From a virus (Duplodnaviria; Caudoviricetes), in the IMG/VR virus record IMGVR_UViG_3300028591_000214, positions 442-64,441 of that record: a stretch of DNA of 64,000 nt. One strand, 5' to 3'. The number at the start of each line of letters is the position of its first letter. Position 1 is the first letter of the stretch. The notes beneath the pieces were generated by a model. It was not told the origin of the DNA, ran no database searches, and saw only the letters and a program-made list of their open reading frames with translations. Shown here one piece after another: positions 1 through 10,716 of the stretch. A program made the translations under genes and the position numbers.

Positions 1-92
1 GGGGGCCCATATCTACAGTTATGATACCATAAATGATTATCTTCAATAAATTTAGCTAAATCTTTACAAGCCTGTTCAAATGTTATTCCCAT
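1..92 (-). CDS. Partial hypothetical protein running off the left edge (MGITFEQACKDLAKFIEDNHLWYHNCRYGP...)
   Basis: ATG at 92-90 on the minus strand, 14 nt after the stop of the 1658-aa gene, and open to the window edge. Not in the ORF track. Confidence 0.5.
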   Translation of the reverse strand, partial: MGITFEQACKDLAKFIEDNHLWYHNCRYGP

Positions 93-106
93 AGTAAATT
101 AATTTT

Positions 107-3100
107 TTATTGTACAAAAAATTTAGAAGATGTTTTATTTTTCAAAATATTACCGTATATATCTGTAATACTTCCTGTTATATCATATTTTTCAAAAAAT
201 TCTGGTGTAATACAAACATATCGATTAATAAATTTATATAAAGTATTATTTTCTACTTTTATAAAATTATTTAAAATTGTCCAATAATAATATAAGTTAT
301 TTCTTGTAGATAAGACTTTATTTTTATCATCTGCCTCTAATATAATAGAATCTCCTATATTAATAATTGTACCTTGATCTTGAGGATATTTATATATACT
401 TATATCCTTAAATGCATCTTTATTCCATACATTCAATGCATTAACTGGATCAAAATCAATTCTATATCCGCTATAACCAGAATCTATATAATCATTTAAG
501 AATTTATTATTTTTATCAATTCTGAATCCGGCGGTAGTTAGGCTTTCTTCCCATCCATTATATTTTATTTTTTCTGTATATGAAACCGGGGAAATATTAG
601 CATAACATAAAGTAATATTAATTTTATCTATTAATTCTTTTTCTATTAAATTTCTATAATCGCTGTCTTTATAGAATATTGATTTGGTCAAATAATTATT
701 ATAATAATGATTTATTAATAAATTTGTATTAATTCTACCATATAATTCAATATTTACATAATATTCTGTTCCTCTGGATATTATATTTACATCTTTAATT
801 CTGTAAGATACTGAAGCGATATATTCATTTTCAATATTTCGACTCCAATCATATAATTTATCTGTTGTTTTTGTATACACTAATTTAATTACTTGATTTT
901 TGTTGAATATTGAATACCCCGAATACACACTTTCAAGTTTAAATGAAATTATGGAATTACCTGTAGACGGATCATTGAATATTCCTGTAGACGGATTTAT
1001 ATTATATTGCTGTATATTAATTAAAAATGCTTTTATCCAAGAATTTTCATTATACGCATTTATATATTTTTTAATTTCATTTATTTCATTTTCTTCTTCA
1101 TACAAATATTTAATTTTATATGAATGGAATTCTTCAGTGTTTGCATCATTAATCCACTTTCCAGATACTAATATCGGTTTATCATAAAATAGCTGCATTT
1201 TCTTTTCATTATACAGTACAATACCATAATATGTATCTGTAGTCATATTAACAGAATCTAAATTATAATTATGTTTCCATAATTTAATTGTACCATCATA
1301 TTCATTCGATGCTTCTACACTAGAAGTTTGATTAATATTAGGCAAAGATCCAAAAATACGATTTGTAAAATTATTAAATATTACATAATCCCCTGCTTTG
1401 ACTGTATCGTATATATATGACACATTATCATATCTTATCCTTTCATTTCCTATACAATTAATACCGTATAATCTATAATTTTTAGGAAATCTCGGTTCAT
1501 TGTCTAATACAGCAGAAGCATCTAACAGACTATAATCTGCTACATAACTGTTTAAATTATAATCATTATTTTGCTTTATTGAATTATATATAGTGTATGC
1601 ATTTAAATCCGGAGATTCTCCATTAATATAAATTTGATCATCAATATCATTTATAAAGATATTATTATATGCATCATATGCTTTAGCTATAAGATTCCAG
1701 TATCCCGTTCTATTAGATAATATTGGTGTTTCCTTATTAATTATTACATTTTCTTCATAATCATTATTATAATTTATATTATATTCATTTAATGATTTAG
1801 AATTAGTTATAGTATTATAAAGATCCCAGGCCTTTTTTATACGATCATTTAATATATTTTCATATTCATCTTTCCAATATAAAGGTTTATCTTCTTCTGG
1901 TATATTAGATAATATTATATTTTTATATTTTTCTTTATATTCTTCTATAAAAGCTATTTGTTTATTAATTTCTGTCTGTGATGGATGATTTAATGAGTTC
2001 AAAAATATTTTTTGCTGCGCCCAAATTTCTTGTATACCTGTAATTAATGCATCATATATCTCATAAAATTTTTGAGGGAATGTTTTATATGTATATTCAG
2101 GATATACCCATTGTTCATTTTGCACATAATTTCCTGTATCCAAATTCTCATATCTTCCGTCATCTGGATCACCCCATACAGATTCCCAGGAATTAAATAA
2201 CGGTTTATTCTGTGATGTAAAATGTAATACTTCTAATAATTTCTCATTATCTGTAATTGGCAATTCATTAGATTCAAATGTACCCTCTATCATTTCTAAT
2301 ACAAAATCATCTATAGGAAATAAATTTCCATCTGAATCTTTAAAATCATAAACGATACCCTCTTTATTATACATAAGCTTATAATTATGAAGTTTTATCA
2401 TCGGGGCCTCATAAAAATTATCTTCTGTATATGTTAATTTTCCGTATGATTCATTTTTAGCGTTATTTATATATGCTTCTCTTCTCTGTTGATTAGAGCG
2501 AAGATTTCGGGGCATATTGTTTATTAAATCTTTGTACTTTTTAGAATTCTTTAAATCTTTTTCTTTAACAGGCACAAATAAAATATATTCATTTGAAAGC
2601 ACAGGACCTCCTAATATATCATCATTATATGAAAAGAATCTATATAAATATCTGTTCTCTTTAACATTGAACACTTCATTTACTCCGTATTTTAATGATT
2701 GATTCCATCTGTTTTTTGTAATATCCCTTAAATTACATTTCTGAGCTTTAATAATAGGAGCGTTTTTCTGCCAATTAACCCCGATAGATGAATCTTGATT
2801 AGAAATATATATTTCATTTTCTGATATAAACAATGTATCACTGCTTATAACCTGATTATTATCTGTCCATATATCTAAATCTTCATCTATATTTGTGCCG
2901 CCGACCCATTCATCATTTAATTCTATCATAGAGCCGTTAGGCAGATTCGCGTTTAGCTCATAAAAATACTCATCTAATATAAATGGGGCGGCATATGGCG
3001 CACCAAATAATTGAATCTCTTCAATCATCTTATATGATTTTTCTGAAATCTGTTCCTTAAGTAAATTATCATATCTTCTTGATAAACTGCTATCCCATAA

Positions 3101-5083
3101 AACGGCCGTTACTTTATCCGGCAATTCTGGCCCAGCTGGATTCAATATAACATCTTTACTCATATCGATTTCATATTTTACAAAATCTGCAATTTTTAAA
3201 TGTTGTATATCTAAAATTTTTGTATAATCATACTCTTTTAATGATGCCTTTACAATAGCTTTACTGTTTCTCATTACGGGACCTTCATCATTTTCATCAT
3301 AAATGACATAGGGAGTTAATGAATATTCTTTCTGCATATTATTAACTACATAATCTACAGCATACGCATTATTTTTAAGATGTTCAAAATATACGCCTTC
3401 TCCCGTAATATCTATAATCCTACAGTTTACGCCTATAATATATTTTTCAAGCCATATTTTTAAATAAAACAATTTAGCCAAAACTTCTTCTTGACCGTAA
3501 TCAAAGTTCTTTATAACTTTAGGAAAATCTAATGTCCTGATAAATTTCTTATGATCTTCTCCATCATTTATTGTAAATGTACTTGAATCCGAATCTTCTA
3601 TATATTTTATCTTTTGATATGTAACTGTATCATCATTATCGTCTTCAATATTAAACCGATACATCATTGTAAGACGATTTAACTTTTTTAAATTAAGATA
3701 TTCTTCATATGTAAACCCGAATCGTTTAAGTTTAGATTGAAGAGTTTCACCAGTTCTCATATCAATAGAGATATAATTAACAGAATCTGTATTATGATTA
3801 TCTTCATCATTCATGAATTTATACCATTCTTTAAAGTATATATCATTATATCCCAAAAATTTAACAGCATTAATTAATGCCTTATATGTTCCAATATATG
3901 GAAATATTTTATCATATGTTAAAAATAATTCTTTTGATTTTCTGTTAACTAATTCATAATCATTTCCTTCTTCTAGTGGATCATATTCTTTAAATACATG
4001 TTGATAATCCACTGGATGAGGAATACCGAAATTCGCAAATAATGTTCTGTACCTGTCGTCTTCTCCTATTGCTGTTCCTTTAAAGAATATAGTACCTATA
4101 TAATGATATGATGTATAGTCTTTAGCTAAATTCTGCTTTTTTATATAAATTCTTAATTCATTTACATAAAGACCTTCTTCTTTTGCGCTAAATCCGACAG
4201 TTAATGTTACCGGGTCTATCCAATGTTCTTCTGGTTCTGTATCTATGGGCAAAGTCATATTATCATACCATGATATATCACTGTAATCCATTTCATTACT
4301 GAACATATCTAATTCTTCATTATCAGTAACAAAATATAATGATGTAACTATATCATTATCATCTTCGTCTTTTTCTATAGGAACATATGGACGCTTAAAT
4401 TTATTATTTTCATATTCATCCAATATGTAAAGAGTCAATGGGCTTACAAGTTCTACTGACACAGGATCAAGCATTACAGTAGACTCTAAATGCCAATAAG
4501 GATAATTGGAATTATTTACAGCATCTCCGTTATTATACCAATTGTTTATAAATTTCCAAAACTTTTCTAAATCTGCAGATTTTTTATTTATATTTTCAAA
4601 TTTATTTAAAACCTTATATTCAGGTTTTGAGTATAAAGTATCATCCAGATCATCTGATATCTCAGATGTACTGAAATTAAGTTTTAAAATATTCTTCTCA
4701 AAATCCTCCTGGGAATTATATAATGATTTAATGCTTACTATAAAAGGGTTTTCATTTAATGCATTTTGACGCTTTTCTTTATTTTTAGTAAGTTTAATAC
4801 TTGAGAAACGTTCAGTTATGCTTGCCTCCCAGTTATCATTATTAATCCTTGGATTAAATATCAAATAGCCATTGTCCCATAATTGATAACTATCATATAT
4901 AATACCCGGATTTGATATTATTACATTATTGTCCCCGTCAATATATCCAGTCGGATATATTTTACATGATTTATATGCATCATCTAATAAAGGTTCTTCT
5001 ATTCTCCAAGATATATCGAAAAATATATTTGTTTTAAGCTCTTCGCCTCTTGAATTGAAAAAAGATAAATTTGAAAATTTCAT
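107..5083 (-). CDS. Giant virion structural protein, baseplate wedge (gp7-like) candidate, 1658 aa
   Basis: Long intact ORF directly downstream of the gp6-like gene. Segment KIFPYIGTYKALINAVKFLGY resembles the GT motif of gp7/P2-I type wedge proteins. Late-promoter-like AGTAAATA upstream. Confidence 0.55.
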   Translation of the reverse strand: MKFSNLSFFNSRGEELKTNIFFDISWRIEEPLLDDAYKSCKIYPTGYIDGDNNVIISNPGIIYDSYQLWDNGYLIFNPRINNDNWEASITERFSSIKLTKNKEKRQNALNENPFIVSIKSLYNSQEDFEKNILKLNFSTSEISDDLDDTLYSKPEYKVLNKFENINKKSADLEKFWKFINNWYNNGDAVNNSNYPYWHLESTVMLDPVSVELVSPLTLYILDEYENNKFKRPYVPIEKDEDDNDIVTSLYFVTDNEELDMFSNEMDYSDISWYDNMTLPIDTEPEEHWIDPVTLTVGFSAKEEGLYVNELRIYIKKQNLAKDYTSYHYIGTIFFKGTAIGEDDRYRTLFANFGIPHPVDYQHVFKEYDPLEEGNDYELVNRKSKELFLTYDKIFPYIGTYKALINAVKFLGYNDIYFKEWYKFMNDEDNHNTDSVNYISIDMRTGETLQSKLKRFGFTYEEYLNLKKLNRLTMMYRFNIEDDNDDTVTYQKIKYIEDSDSSTFTINDGEDHKKFIRTLDFPKVIKNFDYGQEEVLAKLFYLKIWLEKYIIGVNCRIIDITGEGVYFEHLKNNAYAVDYVVNNMQKEYSLTPYVIYDENDEGPVMRNSKAIVKASLKEYDYTKILDIQHLKIADFVKYEIDMSKDVILNPAGPELPDKVTAVLWDSSLSRRYDNLLKEQISEKSYKMIEEIQLFGAPYAAPFILDEYFYELNANLPNGSMIELNDEWVGGTNIDEDLDIWTDNNQVISSDTLFISENEIYISNQDSSIGVNWQKNAPIIKAQKCNLRDITKNRWNQSLKYGVNEVFNVKENRYLYRFFSYNDDILGGPVLSNEYILFVPVKEKDLKNSKKYKDLINNMPRNLRSNQQRREAYINNAKNESYGKLTYTEDNFYEAPMIKLHNYKLMYNKEGIVYDFKDSDGNLFPIDDFVLEMIEGTFESNELPITDNEKLLEVLHFTSQNKPLFNSWESVWGDPDDGRYENLDTGNYVQNEQWVYPEYTYKTFPQKFYEIYDALITGIQEIWAQQKIFLNSLNHPSQTEINKQIAFIEEYKEKYKNIILSNIPEEDKPLYWKDEYENILNDRIKKAWDLYNTITNSKSLNEYNINYNNDYEENVIINKETPILSNRTGYWNLIAKAYDAYNNIFINDIDDQIYINGESPDLNAYTIYNSIKQNNDYNLNSYVADYSLLDASAVLDNEPRFPKNYRLYGINCIGNERIRYDNVSYIYDTVKAGDYVIFNNFTNRIFGSLPNINQTSSVEASNEYDGTIKLWKHNYNLDSVNMTTDTYYGIVLYNEKKMQLFYDKPILVSGKWINDANTEEFHSYKIKYLYEEENEINEIKKYINAYNENSWIKAFLINIQQYNINPSTGIFNDPSTGNSIISFKLESVYSGYSIFNKNQVIKLVYTKTTDKLYDWSRNIENEYIASVSYRIKDVNIISRGTEYYVNIELYGRINTNLLINHYYNNYLTKSIFYKDSDYRNLIEKELIDKINITLCYANISPVSYTEKIKYNGWEESLTTAGFRIDKNNKFLNDYIDSGYSGYRIDFDPVNALNVWNKDAFKDISIYKYPQDQGTIINIGDSIILEADDKNKVLSTRNNLYYYWTILNNFIKVENNTLYKFINRYVCITPEFFEKYDITGSITDIYGNILKNKTSSKFFVQ

Positions 5084-5158
5084 ATATAAAAAATATTCTA
5101 AAAGTTTTGAAATCCTTTTAGAATATTTACTATACTTAAAATATTATATCATATAGAA

Positions 5159-7078
5159 TTAATTCATCGGAGTAGAGCCTTCTAATGATAATTTTCTGCT
5201 CTTTGAAGAACCGACTACAGTTAAATTAAATCCAGAAAGTCCATAAGGATCTTGAATATCCGAATACTGAAGTCCTGATGGAGAAGTAAAACCACCTCTG
5301 AATAAAGGATACATATCTTTTACTTTAATTATATTACCTATATTATCATTTATATTTCTTGTCAATATAATATCTCCGTATTGGTCTACTCCATAATTAT
5401 CACCATAATATGCTTTATTTCTTTCATCTGCATCAAAAGACGCGCTTACAGAATCTACAGGATTTAAGTTTTCAAATAATGAAATAATATCAGAAATAGG
5501 TATCCTGTCTTTTCTTTTATTATTAATAAAATATGTAGAAAGAGCATTTAATCCCATAGTGTAAATATCCTCGAATGTATAATTATCCCAAATTCTTACT
5601 CTCACATTTACCGCAAATCTTGGTTGGATGGGATCAATTATAACATTATCGACTGTCAGAATTCTTTGACCGCTTGCTTCAATTAAATCGAGAATATTTG
5701 TTTTTTCATCGTCTCTTAATGTAAATAAACTCTCATTGCATGTAAAATAATTCGCATCTCCCAATCTTCTTCTAATGTCAGGAACAAGCATTAAATAGAC
5801 TGTATTATTAGATGATTCATAATTACGTACTTTTCTGTTCAATCGATCTAACTGTATACGTTTATCCTTCAATGCGTCAAAATATGGTTTTGTGACATCA
5901 CTATTTTCCCCATAATACTCTACATAAGACCTATATGTACGTAATGCGTTTTCATATTCAAATCTTGTTTGATTCCTGTTAGCATATATATCAGAAGTAA
6001 TGTTTCTTTCAAATCCCTGAATTACCTGAATATCTGAAAACATATTAAGTCTTTTAAGGAAATATTCATAATTAATAGCATTTCCTAAAACCATAGACCT
6101 TGATACGTATGGAGCGATTTTTTGTGTTAATGCAACATCTTCTTCATCAGTACCAAATATAATATCCGAATCTGGAATTATATTAAAATACTCATTTAAA
6201 TCAACTGTAGTACCATCCTTTAAAAAACCTTCTCCGTCAAATGCCCAGAAATCCATATTCATAGCTATTTCTTTTGCCCAGTTGCCAACTGATCCGGCAG
6301 TTACAAGATATTCAACAAGAATTGTCGCTCCCAACGGAGGAATTGCTCCATATGTTAAATTACCAAAAAATATATCTACACCTCCCAATTGTCCTGTTCG
6401 AACTACACATCCATGTTGACCATAGCTTAAATCGACTAATGATGGAACAATGTCCCATGGTTCGCCATTAACATATACATTAATAAAATACTGATCGATA
6501 TTCTGATAATTACTTTCTTTAAAGTTAAATGATTGTAATGATAATCCTGAAGATGTGATCTGCTGGTATTTAAGAGATCCTTGCGCAACTCCGCCCGTAA
6601 CCATATTTGAATTTTTTAAAGTCATTCGAGCATTATCTGCAGAAAATAATAATACATATTGTAAGCCTGTCGCTTTATTTAATATTTTTGTTTTATTAGG
6701 AATATATACTATTTCTCCCTGCATATCACTAGATGCCTGGTTATTATATTGTATTTTTACAGATCCACGAGCGGCAATACTTCTTGCTGGATCATGCCCT
6801 GTCAATGTAGCAAGACCTCTAATTTGATCCGGTCGGAATGCGGTTGTTATATTAAGACCTGTAATAGAATCTTCAATATAATATAATATCATACGGCCAA
6901 GATGAAGAATAACTGAAAGAAGCTGTGCAAATGGAGAAGATATAGTGAATTCCTCATCTGATGCATTATAGGTTTCTCTTATATACGCCTTAGCATCATT
7001 CCATAGCTCTTCAAATTTTATTCTGTGAAGTTTAAATATTTGAATATTATCTGTATTGTCTTTTCTATTATAAGCCAT
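5159..7078 (-). CDS. Baseplate wedge subunit (T4 gp6 / baseplate J-like), 639 aa
   Basis: N-terminal FEELWNDAKAYI...AFRPDQIRGLATLTGH.P.R, central FGN...G.IP...ATILVEYLVTAGS.GN, and SRSMV...NYEYFL follow gp6-like architecture. Confidence 0.75.
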   Translation of the reverse strand: MAYNRKDNTDNIQIFKLHRIKFEELWNDAKAYIRETYNASDEEFTISSPFAQLLSVILHLGRMILYYIEDSITGLNITTAFRPDQIRGLATLTGHDPARSIAARGSVKIQYNNQASSDMQGEIVYIPNKTKILNKATGLQYVLLFSADNARMTLKNSNMVTGGVAQGSLKYQQITSSGLSLQSFNFKESNYQNIDQYFINVYVNGEPWDIVPSLVDLSYGQHGCVVRTGQLGGVDIFFGNLTYGAIPPLGATILVEYLVTAGSVGNWAKEIAMNMDFWAFDGEGFLKDGTTVDLNEYFNIIPDSDIIFGTDEEDVALTQKIAPYVSRSMVLGNAINYEYFLKRLNMFSDIQVIQGFERNITSDIYANRNQTRFEYENALRTYRSYVEYYGENSDVTKPYFDALKDKRIQLDRLNRKVRNYESSNNTVYLMLVPDIRRRLGDANYFTCNESLFTLRDDEKTNILDLIEASGQRILTVDNVIIDPIQPRFAVNVRVRIWDNYTFEDIYTMGLNALSTYFINNKRKDRIPISDIISLFENLNPVDSVSASFDADERNKAYYGDNYGVDQYGDIILTRNINDNIGNIIKVKDMYPLFRGGFTSPSGLQYSDIQDPYGLSGFNLTVVGSSKSRKLSLEGSTPMN

Positions 7079-7097
7079 TTAATTTAAAAAAATATTT

Positions 7098-7928
7098 TTA
7101 ATGAAATCCATAGTCTATAAAATAAACCTTTTCATAATCATCATTTACAGAAACATAGAAACATAAAGTGAATTTTTTATGCTGCTTATCTGTAATTATA
7201 AAATAATCACAAGCTGTTCCTGAATACTCATTCCGTAATAAATCTATCTTTTTAATTATTTCTGGATTTTCTGAAAAAAGCTCATTTAAATTATCATAAA
7301 TTAAATATGGACTTTTAGTTTTTAAATAATTATATAATTCATAATAAATTAATTCTGCATTGGTTTTACCGATATCTTCTGCAGCCTGTATTGTATGATA
7401 ATCCCAATCATAAAATGCGTCTTCTGTATATTCACATATATTTCCCGTTAAACTTGTTAAAAATAAATGTGAACCATCTTCTCTTTGAAATCCTATTAAT
7501 TGCGCCACCAGATTAATAATATAACAGACTAAATAACTATCATATGCCCAATCATCAGAATCACCAAAATCTTCGTCTTCACTATAATTTTTAGCAGGTT
7601 CATATAAATGTCCTATACATCTATATCCATGAGACTGATTATCTTCTTTAAAATAAGTAGAACTATATATTTCTGGATCGGGATTATTTATAAATTCTTT
7701 ATATTCCGGATATTTTTTCGTAAAATAATCAAAGAATTTATGTTTTACAATATCATCAAATTCTAAAACTGTATTTTTCCAATCATCTAATGAACTATAA
7801 TTTCCAAATTGGTTGGTTATTTTATTTTTAACATCATTAATTTTTAATATACCATTATCTGAAGAAATATTTTCTTCAGTATTCCAATTTATAAGAACTT
7901 CATTCAATATATTAATAACCGAGTTCAT
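7098..7928 (-). CDS. Hypothetical protein with the shared LNE(I/V)LI(E/N)W leader, 276 aa
   Basis: Starts MNSVINILNEVLINWNTEENISSDNGILKINDV. Acidic, aromatic-rich body not recognised. Confidence 0.75.
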   Translation of the reverse strand: MNSVINILNEVLINWNTEENISSDNGILKINDVKNKITNQFGNYSSLDDWKNTVLEFDDIVKHKFFDYFTKKYPEYKEFINNPDPEIYSSTYFKEDNQSHGYRCIGHLYEPAKNYSEDEDFGDSDDWAYDSYLVCYIINLVAQLIGFQREDGSHLFLTSLTGNICEYTEDAFYDWDYHTIQAAEDIGKTNAELIYYELYNYLKTKSPYLIYDNLNELFSENPEIIKKIDLLRNEYSGTACDYFIITDKQHKKFTLCFYVSVNDDYEKVYFIDYGFH

Positions 7929-8259
7929 ATCCTAATGCTCCTAATACGAGTCTACTTGTCAATAAATTTCCGAGTGTACCTGATGGATTGATTCCCAATA
8001 CTTTACAAAGAGCTTTACCTAATGCTGGACCAAATGCAGCTCCTGCGGCACCGCCTAATAAACCTGATAAAATACCCTCATCAAGTGTATCATCTAATGA
8101 TTTACCTTCTATTTCAGCGACCTCTGCAGATTCGACTATATAATTATATAACTTTTTAGCTGCGTCTATTGATTCAAGACTTAAATTTGAATAATAGTCA
8201 CAGCCTTCGAACAATTCTTGTTCTGTTATATCAGATTTAGAAAAGTGTGTCTTCATCAT
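7912..8259 (-). CDS. Small glycine-zipper hydrophobic protein, putative virion component
   Basis: C-terminal LDEGILSGLLGGAAGAAFGPALGKALCKVLG...LVLGALG. Start more plausibly at ATG 8259 or 8256 than the track's 8274. Confidence 0.7.
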   Translation of the reverse strand: MMKTHFSKSDITEQELFEGCDYYSNLSLESIDAAKKLYNYIVESAEVAEIEGKSLDDTLDEGILSGLLGGAAGAAFGPALGKALCKVLGINPSGTLGNLLTSRLVLGALGYELGY

Positions 8260-8629
8260 CTTCATCCTCCACATATCCAGGATTAGGAGCTTCTAATGCT
8301 TTGTCTATACTTCTGTTCCAATAATCCCTTGTTCTTTTATATCCGTTTTTCAGCATATGGCCACCTTTTCTGATGACTCTACCAGCTCTATCTTTCATCC
8401 GATGGCATTTATCTATAAATTCTTGTGTCAATTCTTCCACATCCTCATCTGAAAGATATGAAGGGTTTTCAGCTGCATCTGCATCATCAAAAGCCTTATC
8501 GATACTTCTTCTTACATTTCTAGTTATATTAGAAAGTTTTCCTTCATAAAGCCTTTTAAATCTTCTGTATTGAGCAGGTGTCATAGCCTCTGCTAAAATA
8601 GGTAAACTTTCATTTTTTATCTTTTTCAT
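8237..8629 (-). CDS. Hypothetical charged protein, putative internal head protein, 130 aa
   Basis: Intact ORF in an operon. ILAE and LYE (I/L-x-E) motifs near the N-terminus. AATAAATA upstream. Confidence 0.65.
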   Translation of the reverse strand: MKKIKNESLPILAEAMTPAQYRRFKRLYEGKLSNITRNVRRSIDKAFDDADAAENPSYLSDEDVEELTQEFIDKCHRMKDRAGRVIRKGGHMLKNGYKRTRDYWNRSIDKALEAPNPGYVEDEDDEDTLF

Positions 8630-8656
8630 TTACTATAAAATAATTTATTTTATTTA

Positions 8657-9295
8657 TTAGCTTATAATGTTCAATTCTTTGCACTGATTTATAAAACCAC
8701 AAGACTTATTCATTAAGCTTATAGACGGAATAGATTTATATATTTGAATAGCCTCTCTATATTCTAATCCGTCTATAAAACAGATATCACATAAACTATG
8801 ACAATTATAAAATATATTAAACATATTCACAGGCGTCTCGGGCGGGTTTTGTTCCCTGATTAAATCCAAATCTAAAAATTTCTCAATCTTTACCAGATTT
8901 ACACAATTAAAAAATAATGCAGATAAATTTACTGGAATTCTTCGTTTGAAAATAATTTTTACGGTTTCATGCATCGGCTCATCTATATTATCTGTTATAA
9001 GCCCCATAAGAGATACTTGATCCTTTGATAATTTTGTATTTCCTATATAAATATCTACAATATCTAATATGTGTTTGCCGCAATTAACATATAATTTACT
9101 ATTTAAATTAAACAATGTTTTAGGATTAATCAGTTTAATCCCTTTCCAAATAAATCCTTGCTGATATTTGGCAATTATTGTACCATCAGATAATTGAGAT
9201 TTGACATCTATAGTATTAATAATTCCTTCTTCCTCCGGCATGGTATTATCACCCCATGCTATTAAAACCTTATTTAATATATTTGTATTAATCAT
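8657..9295 (-). CDS. Leader-family protein with degenerate BspA/DUF285-type repeats, 212 aa
   Basis: Leader MINTNILNKVLIAWGDN...EGIINTIDV. Repeats NLSALFFNCVNL and NMFNIFYNCHSL. Confidence 0.7.
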   Translation of the reverse strand: MINTNILNKVLIAWGDNTMPEEEGIINTIDVKSQLSDGTIIAKYQQGFIWKGIKLINPKTLFNLNSKLYVNCGKHILDIVDIYIGNTKLSKDQVSLMGLITDNIDEPMHETVKIIFKRRIPVNLSALFFNCVNLVKIEKFLDLDLIREQNPPETPVNMFNIFYNCHSLCDICFIDGLEYREAIQIYKSIPSISLMNKSCGFINQCKELNIIS

Positions 9296-10674
9296 ATTAC
9301 ATAAATATTTTCAATTGTAGATGTTACTGTATTGTCTAAAGAATCTTTTATAGTTATATTAATTACTTTAGGATTATAATCTTTTTCATATAAAAATGGT
9401 TTAAATTCAATTGGATTTTCCATATTAATCATATGATTATAAATGTTTAATGTAAATGGATGCTCTACTAATTTACCGTCATTATTGATATAACTGAATG
9501 CCCCTTCTATTTTTTCAGATGCATTAGATGTAATAAAATATCCTTTATTTGATATAACCACATTTTTTGGAGAAACTATATTCGTCTGGGCATCTGGTAT
9601 AGCCTTTATATCCGGCTGTTTATTAACTGAACAATTATCATTATTATATATAATGACATCTATACCTTCATAATCACTTGATACCGGTATTACCCAGTCA
9701 TAATATCCTGTATTATCTACTGTACCTATAAGATGTTCTTTTGATTCTTCTGGATTTTTAGAATCAATTTCAGTCCAATAAAATGTCACCTTTCCTATAT
9801 CACTTCCTGGAGAACTCCACTTCCATGTCAGCATTAAATCAATTCCTGCAGGAACGCTTTTACCGCCCAAAGAATCATCCAATGAAATATTTCCTTTTCC
9901 GTCATCTCCTTTATCTATACCTGAAATAGCCGCGGACATATTCTTAATATAATTAGATGCCTTTATTTCACTTGTTCTGTCGAATACAGGTTGATATGTC
10001 TCAACGGCTATATCCCAAGACTGTGTAATATATCTTTCATGATCTCCTCCCATTGTATATGTAGTTGATGCTTTATCTCCATTATAAGCATCTGGAAATC
10101 CTGCACGGCATCCTATTCGCAGACCTCTATAATATATATAGAATGTCTTATTTTTATAAAAGAATTCTCTTATTGCCTGTTCAATCTTAAATTCAGTCTC
10201 TAAAGTTTCAGATTTAATAGAAACTTTAAATGTATAAGTCAATGGTATAGAATATATAAATGATACAAAAGATTCTAATTCACCATCTACTTTTTTTTGA
10301 TAATTTGCCATCGCGAAACGATTAACTATATTACCTGAATCTATTGTAGATGAAACCATTTCTACTGAACCTCTTGGATAAATATCAAAATTACCGTCGA
10401 CTTTTTTTAATCCTATTTCTGTACATTGATCTGATCCGAAAAATGTATAGTTATCTTGGATAAATTTTTCAGAATTAGGATTTGAGCCTCCAAAATTATA
10501 AAAAAATGGAACCGTGACATCTTCAACCTTATCTTCCTCTTCATTCCAAATTTGGCTATATACTAAACGCCTGTTCAGAACTTTTAATATTCCGGCTATA
10601 ACAGCTCTGTTGAAGACATCATCATAATTCCTATTTTCATATAATTGCTTTTCTGACAAAACAGTTTGAGCCAT
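9292..10674 (-). CDS. Tail terminator/completion protein (T4 gp15-like) with C-terminal Ig-like extension, 460 aa
   Basis: VTVPFFY, PRGSVEM, IPLTYTFKVSI, IEQAIREFF and AVETYQPVF match the gp15-like pattern. Beta-rich tail contains LTWKW...NTGYYDWVIP. Confidence 0.65.
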   Translation of the reverse strand: MAQTVLSEKQLYENRNYDDVFNRAVIAGILKVLNRRLVYSQIWNEEEDKVEDVTVPFFYNFGGSNPNSEKFIQDNYTFFGSDQCTEIGLKKVDGNFDIYPRGSVEMVSSTIDSGNIVNRFAMANYQKKVDGELESFVSFIYSIPLTYTFKVSIKSETLETEFKIEQAIREFFYKNKTFYIYYRGLRIGCRAGFPDAYNGDKASTTYTMGGDHERYITQSWDIAVETYQPVFDRTSEIKASNYIKNMSAAISGIDKGDDGKGNISLDDSLGGKSVPAGIDLMLTWKWSSPGSDIGKVTFYWTEIDSKNPEESKEHLIGTVDNTGYYDWVIPVSSDYEGIDVIIYNNDNCSVNKQPDIKAIPDAQTNIVSPKNVVISNKGYFITSNASEKIEGAFSYINNDGKLVEHPFTLNIYNHMINMENPIEFKPFLYEKDYNPKVINITIKDSLDNTVTSTIENIYVI

Positions 10675-10716
10675 TAATTATTTAAATTAAAAAGTTTTAA
10701 TATTTATTTTTAACTT

